This document shows, in pieces, positions 58,495 to 64,000 of a stretch of DNA of 64,000 nt. Position 1 is the first letter of the stretch; the number at the start of each line of letters is the position of its first letter. The notes beneath the pieces are model-generated. The model saw only the letters and a list, made by a program, of their open reading frames with translations, searched no databases and had not been told where the DNA came from. The stretch comes from Dehalococcoidia bacterium (lineage in GTDB: Bacteria; Chloroflexota; Dehalococcoidia; UBA2979), in the NCBI GenBank assembly GCA_965262725.1, contig OZ253555.1, positions 1,056,001 to 1,120,000 on the forward strand, in the 5' to 3' direction. A program made the position numbers and the translations under genes.

Positions 58495-59433
58495 CTACGT
58501 GCGGGAGGAGCGCGCCCGCGCTCGCTCGTGCGCCCGCGCCGTGCGGAGAGCCTCGGCGACCGTGTGCGCATCCGGCGCCGCGGGACGGTAGCGGACGTAG
58601 GCCTCGAGGTCGGGGATCGCCTCGGCGTAGCGTTCGTAGCGTTCGCGTAGCAGTCCGCGCTCTCGGATTCCGTCGAGGTCCCAGGGGAAGAGCGCGAGTT
58701 GTAGCTCAAGGGCGCGCCCGCGGCGCTCGTCGGTGTCGTCCTCGAGCGTCAGGGCCTTCAGCGTGAGGATCATCCGCTGCAGCACTTGTCGCGACGTGAT
58801 CGCGGCCAGCATGTGCGGAGACGCGACGGTGCGTCCGCCGTAGATGCGCCGCACGATGGTGCGGCAGTCCGCGGTGGAGAGCAGGCGCCCCCCGCCGAAC
58901 ACGTCGACGTGGGTCGGCACCCCGGCCTCCCCGGTCGGCGCTCCGGCGTCGCCGTCCCGAGGGGGTTCGGCGTCTGGCTCCGGCGGCGCGCCGAGGCGCG
59001 CGACCACGTAACCGGGAAGACCCACTACGTCGGCCGGCAGCCCGGCGCGCCGACCGATCTCCGCGTAGAGCAGGGCGAGGGTGATCGGCATGCCCCGCCG
59101 CGAGTCGAGGACATCGGAGAGCAGCAGCGTCTCGCCCGAGCCAGAGTGCTGCTCGTCGCCGTGGAAGGCGAGCTCGTCGAAGAGCAGCTCGTGCAACGGC
59201 GCGGCGCGCGCGGGAAGCGGATCGCCCGCCGTCGCGCTCAGCCGGCGACGCGCCTCCTCGGCGATGCGGGCGATGCGCTGCTCGTATGCGTTCACATCCA
59301 GACCGGGGCGCTCGGCAAGCGCGATCAGCAGGGCGCCGCGCGCGAGGGGCACCTCGTCGGGTGGGCCGTGCACAGCCGTCCTGAACATCGAGCAGGCGTC
59401 GGCGAATGCGCGCTCCACGCCTGCGCCGCTCAC
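58495..59433 (-). CDS. SirB1 / transglutaminase-like TPR protein
   Basis: VLDSRRGMPITL, GLPGY, DVFGGG, RERGLL. Confidence 0.82.
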   Translation of the reverse strand: MSGAGVERAFADACSMFRTAVHGPPDEVPLARGALLIALAERPGLDVNAYEQRIARIAEEARRRLSATAGDPLPARAAPLHELLFDELAFHGDEQHSGSGETLLLSDVLDSRRGMPITLALLYAEIGRRAGLPADVVGLPGYVVARLGAPPEPDAEPPRDGDAGAPTGEAGVPTHVDVFGGGRLLSTADCRTIVRRIYGGRTVASPHMLAAITSRQVLQRMILTLKALTLEDDTDERRGRALELQLALFPWDLDGIRERGLLRERYERYAEAIPDLEAYVRYRPAAPDAHTVAEALRTARAHERARARSSRT

Positions 59434-60056
59434 CTGCCCCGACCCATCGGCGTCCGGTTCTCGCGTCGCGGCCGCGAGAGGGAGAACCCCTCCGCCATCC
59501 CGATCTTGATCATCGTCACCATGACCAGCAGCATCGCGCCTGCGACGCGCATGTGGGGCTCACCGAGGGCGTAGGCAACGGGCGCAAAGGCCAGCAGCGC
59601 CACCATCCCGGCCGGGCGCCTCGAGTGCAGGAGCAGGTAGAGGCTGAGAGCGCCCGCGGTCGTGATCAGCCCGGTCAGCGGCGAGAGCGCATAGAGCGCG
59701 CCCGTGGCCGGCGCCGTTCCGTTGCCGCCGTGGAACCGAAGGAAGAGGGAGTAGTCATGCCCCGCGACGACGGCGAGCCCTGCGGTGATCGCGCCGACGT
59801 CACCCACGCCCGCGACGTGGGCGACGCCCACTGCCGCCGACCCCTTGGCGATGTCGACGATTCCCACCACTAGCCCCGCGCGCCGTCCGATGCTGTCGAT
59901 CACATTCATGGTGCCGGGATTGCCGGAGCCGATCTTGCGGATGTCCTGCCCGGTGAGGCGGTGCACGAGGAGATAGGACGTCGGGAAGGATCCGAGCAGA
60001 TAGGCGATCACAAGGACGACGGCCAGCGTCACGACGGCCTCCCGCATCTGGATCAT
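59430..60056 (-). CDS. plsY: Glycerol-3-phosphate acyltransferase
   Basis: YLLGS.P, DIR..GSGNPG.MN, DIAKG, GHDYS..F.GG.G. Confidence 0.9.
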   Translation of the reverse strand: MIQMREAVVTLAVVLVIAYLLGSFPTSYLLVHRLTGQDIRKIGSGNPGTMNVIDSIGRRAGLVVGIVDIAKGSAAVGVAHVAGVGDVGAITAGLAVVAGHDYSLFLRFHGGNGTAPATGALYALSPLTGLITTAGALSLYLLLHSRRPAGMVALLAFAPVAYALGEPHMRVAGAMLLVMVTMIKIGMAEGFSLSRPRRENRTPMGRGR

Positions 60057-60197
60057 ACGGACGCGCTGTCTATCCCGACAACATCGACGGCCGGCCGTGC
60101 CCCGCCTCCGAGGGGGCGACCGGCGGCACGAGGCCGTGTTGGAGCACCGGTGCGCGCGGGGCGCATGCCGGAGCGCAGGCGGTGCTCGGGAGCGTAA

Positions 60198-60734
60198 TCA
60201 GTAGGCAGCGCGCTCCGGCGGCGTGGAGGGAGGGGAGCCCGGCCCGGCGGAGTCGTCGGTGACCTCGCGGACGTCGATGATGGGCTCATCGCTCGCCGGG
60301 GCGCCTGGCTCCCACGCCGGGGTTCCCCGGTCCTGCGGGGGTCGGACGTCCATCAGCTCGTCGAGTTGAGCGAGTTCACGCGCGAGCACCGCCGCACCGC
60401 AGTTCACACTCAGGGCCGCGAGCCACGGCGGGACGTGCAGGTAGGACCATGGCACGTCTCGGGCGCGTACGGCGGCGACGAGGCCGGGGACGAGTTCCCG
60501 GGGAGCGAGGGTGCGCGGGTCGAGCGAGATCTCGTCGAGCGCGCCCACCAAGTCGTCGCCGCTCTCGGCTCGGTGGCGCAGCTCCGCGGCCAGTCGTCCG
60601 AGCAGTGCGCCGACGACGGCGGCGAGCGCGATCCACAGCGTCGTGTGGAGCCACCTGAGCACGATCGCAACTCCATCCGGCGGCATGGGCGGGCGATCGC
60701 CGGCGGCCGCCCGCACGGTAGGTGAGCGACGCAA
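60198..60734 (-). CDS. Hypothetical membrane protein
   Basis: Hydrophobic N-terminal segment; fits the minus-strand gene run. Confidence 0.55.
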   Translation of the reverse strand: MRRSPTVRAAAGDRPPMPPDGVAIVLRWLHTTLWIALAAVVGALLGRLAAELRHRAESGDDLVGALDEISLDPRTLAPRELVPGLVAAVRARDVPWSYLHVPPWLAALSVNCGAAVLARELAQLDELMDVRPPQDRGTPAWEPGAPASDEPIIDVREVTDDSAGPGSPPSTPPERAAY

Positions 60735-60848
60735 TGAAGGTCAACGCCGTCCGAATCGGGGCTAGTGGCCCATCCTCACTCCTCGGGTGCTCCCGACCGC
60801 GCGGCGGGTGAGAGCCGCGGCATTGTGGCCCGGCCGATCGCTCCCTAG

Positions 60849-62056
60849 GGCAAGTCTGATCAGGTGGGTCTAGCGACCCAGTTTCGCCGCGGTCAGGCGC
60901 TCTCAGGCGGATTCCCGATGACAGTGGTCATATCCGCCCCCTCGCGGGCCCCTGTGGCTCCCCTCCTCGCCCCGTGTGGGGCGGGGAGGGCGCACTCCAC
61001 CCACGGTCAGGCACGGTGCGGCTTCGCGGTGAGCAGGTTGTGGAACCCCAGCAAGACCGCACACCGCTCGTGGTTCTTGAAGAGACCCCGGTACCGCACC
61101 TTGGCGTAGCCGAAGCGCCGCTTCACGCTGTAGAACGGGTGCTCCACCAGCGCTCGCACCGATGCCTTCCGCTTCTCCTCGACGGCCTCAGGACTCTCCG
61201 GGTCGAGCGCACGCCGGAGGCCCGGGCGCATCGCCACGTTCCAGTCCTTGACCCTGGAGTCCGCGTTCTCGGGTCTCTTCTGCACGCCCCGGTACCCGGC
61301 GTCGCCGTAGACCTCGGCTTCCTCGCCGTGCAGCAGGCGGTGCGTCTCAGACACGTCCGACACGTTCGCAGGCGTGGTCGTGAAGTTGTGGACCAGTCCA
61401 GTATCCCTGTCGGCGCCGATGTGCAGCTTCATCCCGAAGAACCACTGTTTCCCCTTCTTGGTCTGATGCATCTCCGGGTCCCGCGCCCGCCCGCGATTCT
61501 TCGTCGACGATGGCGCCGAGATGATGGTCGCATCCACGATGCTGCCCTCGCTCAGCTTCAATCCCTTGCTCGTGAGGTGCTCGTTGATGAGTTGGAGGAT
61601 CCTGCTACCCAGGGAGTGGCGCTCGAGCAGGTGCCGGAAGTTGAGGATCGTCGTCTCGTCGGGGATGGGCTCGGAGAGCGTGAGGAAGCAGAAGGCTCGC
61701 ACCGACTCGGCCTCGTGGAGCAGATCCTCCATGCCGGGGTCGCTGAGGTTGTAGCAGAGTTGCACGGTATGGATGCGCAGCATCACGGAGAGCGGGTAGG
61801 GCCTCCGCCCGCGGCCCGGTTTCGGGTAGTGGGGCTCGATGGCTGCTTCGAACCTCTGCCACGGGACGAGGCCATCCAGCCGTTCGAGGAACTTCTGGCG
61901 GCGCGTCTTGTAGCCATCCCGCTCGAACTCGACTCTCGCGAATGTCGGCTGATGCATGGCAGCGCTCCCCTTTCCCGGAGGAGTGCCATGATCGCATATA
62001 GTCATCGGAGTGTGCATGTGCTCCAGTAACGACGCGGCGACCTGTTCAGAGAACCC
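60849..62056 (-). mobile_element. IS5-family insertion sequence, 1208 bp, CTAG target duplication
   Basis: CTAG at 60845-60848 and 62057-62060; imperfect IRs GGCAAGTCTGATCAGGT and GGGTTCTCTGAACAGGT. Confidence 0.9.
61007..61957 (-). CDS. IS5-family transposase
   Basis: PDETTILNFR, VDATII, RDPEMHQTKKG..W.FGMK.H, YGDAGY, RALVEHPF. Confidence 0.95.
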   Translation of the reverse strand: MHQPTFARVEFERDGYKTRRQKFLERLDGLVPWQRFEAAIEPHYPKPGRGRRPYPLSVMLRIHTVQLCYNLSDPGMEDLLHEAESVRAFCFLTLSEPIPDETTILNFRHLLERHSLGSRILQLINEHLTSKGLKLSEGSIVDATIISAPSSTKNRGRARDPEMHQTKKGKQWFFGMKLHIGADRDTGLVHNFTTTPANVSDVSETHRLLHGEEAEVYGDAGYRGVQKRPENADSRVKDWNVAMRPGLRRALDPESPEAVEEKRKASVRALVEHPFYSVKRRFGYAKVRYRGLFKNHERCAVLLGFHNLLTAKPHRA

Positions 62057-62124
62057 CTAGGGTCTAAGCGGTCTTCCGCAGTGCGAGCCGCGAAGGCAAC
62101 CCCGGGGCGCGAGGGGAGCGTCGG

Positions 62125-63417
62125 CTGCGCAGCACCTCGAGAACGGCGGGCGCCCCGCGCGGGCTCTTCTACGGCTGGGTCGTCGTCGGTGCCGGGACGG
62201 CATCGGCGTTCTCGGCGGTCGTCTTCTTCAACCCGATCCTGGGTGTCTTTGTCTCCGAGCTGCACGCCGAGTTCGGATGGACGCGTGCCCAGCTCGCGCT
62301 CGCGATCACGATCGGCAGCGTGGCCGCGGGGCTGGGCGGGCCGCTTGCCGGCTGGGCCGTCGACCGCTGGGGCGGGCGCTGGGTGATCGCGGCGGGAGCC
62401 GCCGTGCTCGCGATCTGCCTCGTGCTCCTCTCCGGGATGAGCGAGCTCTGGCAGCTCTACGCCCTCTACTCAACCGGCCGCGCGATCTCTTTCGCCCTCG
62501 TGGCGAGCGCCGCGTACGTGGCCGTCTCCAACTGGTTCTTGCGTCGCCGCGGCCTCGCCGTCGGGATCGTCGCGGCCGGCTCTCGCGCGGGCATGGCGAT
62601 TCTGCCGCTTCTGGTCGCCGTCGTCATCAGCGCGACCGGTTCGTGGCGCGCCGGGTGGCTGGCTCTCGCCGCGGTCGCAGCGGCGATCGGCATCCTTCCC
62701 TCCCTGGTCCTGATCCGTCGTCGCCCGGAGGACATGGGGCTGCGCCCGGATGGCGATGTTGCCCCGCTCGAGGGGACCGGGGGGACGGCGGCTGCCGCCC
62801 TGGAGGTCGACCTCGCGTTCGACTACGACCTGAGACAGGCGCTGCGGACCCGCGCGTTCTGGCTGATCGGGATGTCGCTCGCGTTCGCGATGTTTGCCCA
62901 GGGATCGGTCAATTTTCACCAGATTCCGTACCTCCAGGATCAGGGACTCTCGCGCACGCACGCAGCGCTGGTGGTCTCCATTTTTTCCTCGATCGGAGCG
63001 CTGGGAGGCCTCGCCGGGGGACTGCTCTCGGCACGGTTGCGCATGCGGTGGACGATGGTGCTCTCGCTGATCGGGATGGCCGGCGGCATTCTGCTTCTGC
63101 TCAACGTGGAGACGATCGCGGAGGCCCTGACGTACGCGGTCATCTATGGCTTCTTCTTCGGGTCGAACTTCACCCTGGTGCAGGCTATCTATGCGGATTA
63201 CTTCGGGCGCCGCTCGCTCGGGTTGATCCGCGGCGCGTTCCAGCCCGTGCAGCTCGGCATGAACGCCGCCGGCCCGTTCGTGGCCGGGCTCTGGTTCGAT
63301 CGCACGGGGTCCTATGCCGCCCCCTTTGCGCTCTTCGCGCTGCTCTTCCTGGTCGCCGCCGTGGCCATTGCGTTCGCGAGCTACCCGTCGCGCAGCGTGC
63401 CCGGCGAGAGCTCGTAG
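62125..63417 (+). CDS. MFS transporter (probable CTG start)
   Basis: The frame continues upstream of 62320 through GLFYGWVVV; DRWGGR motif; CTG 62125 follows RBS GAGGGGAG. Confidence 0.85.
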   Translation: MRSTSRTAGAPRGLFYGWVVVGAGTASAFSAVVFFNPILGVFVSELHAEFGWTRAQLALAITIGSVAAGLGGPLAGWAVDRWGGRWVIAAGAAVLAICLVLLSGMSELWQLYALYSTGRAISFALVASAAYVAVSNWFLRRRGLAVGIVAAGSRAGMAILPLLVAVVISATGSWRAGWLALAAVAAAIGILPSLVLIRRRPEDMGLRPDGDVAPLEGTGGTAAAALEVDLAFDYDLRQALRTRAFWLIGMSLAFAMFAQGSVNFHQIPYLQDQGLSRTHAALVVSIFSSIGALGGLAGGLLSARLRMRWTMVLSLIGMAGGILLLLNVETIAEALTYAVIYGFFFGSNFTLVQAIYADYFGRRSLGLIRGAFQPVQLGMNAAGPFVAGLWFDRTGSYAAPFALFALLFLVAAVAIAFASYPSRSVPGESS

Positions 63418-63579
63418 TCGGAGCGTGCCGGTCGCCCTGAGGTTTGGGAGGCTCGGTCCGGATCGCCCGCCGCGGGGTCCCGGCGCTCAATTGTCAAGGT
63501 GAGTTGACTTCTTCACGGATCCGTGCTTGTATCCCGATGCTGGTGCCCGGCCGCAGGGGCTCTCGCTGGCGGGGAAGTG

Positions 63580-64000
63580 ATGTCGATGGGTCCGCTTGCC
63601 GCTCTCGACGTGCGTCAACTCGCCGCTGAGTTTATCGGCGCGTTCGTGCTCATCTTTGCCGGCGCCGGCTCGATCATCCTCTTCTCCGGCAATGCCGCCG
63701 GGGTGGTGGTGATCGCGCTCGCGCACGGACTGGCGATTGCCGTGATGGTCTCGACCTTCGGCCACATCTCCGGCGGACTGTTCAACCCGGCGCTCACCGT
63801 CGGCCTCTGGGTGACGCGTCGGCTCGACACGCTGACCACCGCGAGCTTCGTGCTCGCCCAGCTCGCCGGGGCGACAGTGGCCGCTTGGGCCCTCCTGCCG
63901 CTCTTCCCCGAGGTGCAGCGCGAGGCCGTGAACCTCGGGGTTCCTGAGCTCGGCCCGGCGACGACCTTCGCGCAGGGCGTCGGCCTTGAGGCGGTGATGA
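63580..64000 (+). CDS. MIP/aquaporin family channel (partial)
   Basis: AEFIGAFVLIFAG, ALAHGL, GHISGGLFNPA; runs off the window. Confidence 0.9.
   Translation, partial: MSMGPLAALDVRQLAAEFIGAFVLIFAGAGSIILFSGNAAGVVVIALAHGLAIAVMVSTFGHISGGLFNPALTVGLWVTRRLDTLTTASFVLAQLAGATVAAWALLPLFPEVQREAVNLGVPELGPATTFAQGVGLEAVM

Overview
High-GC bacterial DNA. It most resembles Chloroflexota (Dehalococcoidia-like); this is an inference from gene families, a Tat-lipoprotein ABC binder and an ssrA-type serine recombinase. Positions 1 to ~29.8 kb are a mosaic genomic island/ICE ending at tRNA-Pro(GGG) (29785-29861, minus strand); its far end is not visible. The island holds an intact DUF6361 + phospholipase D + SF2 helicase operon and a type I R-M operon with an embedded SIR2-like DUF4917 gene and an MntA/HepT pair. 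It also holds many deletion scars (serine recombinase, IS21, IS110, DUF1156, UvrD) and a transfer module: TrbL-like remnant, membrane-anchored SARP/BTAD regulator, VirD4-like ATPase, tandem replication-relaxation proteins, excisionase and tyrosine integrase. The main unexplained signal is four phased arrays of a (T/C)GGA(A/C)C motif at 11/9-bp spacing. Two of them end exactly 8 nt before a weak -10 box and are followed by a conserved 5' hairpin, which suggests a SARP-driven switch for the element. The integrase ORF has no stop codon before the tRNA and reads through it. Positions 30-64 kb are core genome (mfd, pth, ADP-forming acyl-CoA synthetase, iscS, NuoG/NuoI-like, xanthine-dehydrogenase-family cluster, plsY, MFS, aquaporin), plus one intact IS5 and a candidate structured RNA near 49.2 kb. 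All family calls come from motif recognition, not database searches.
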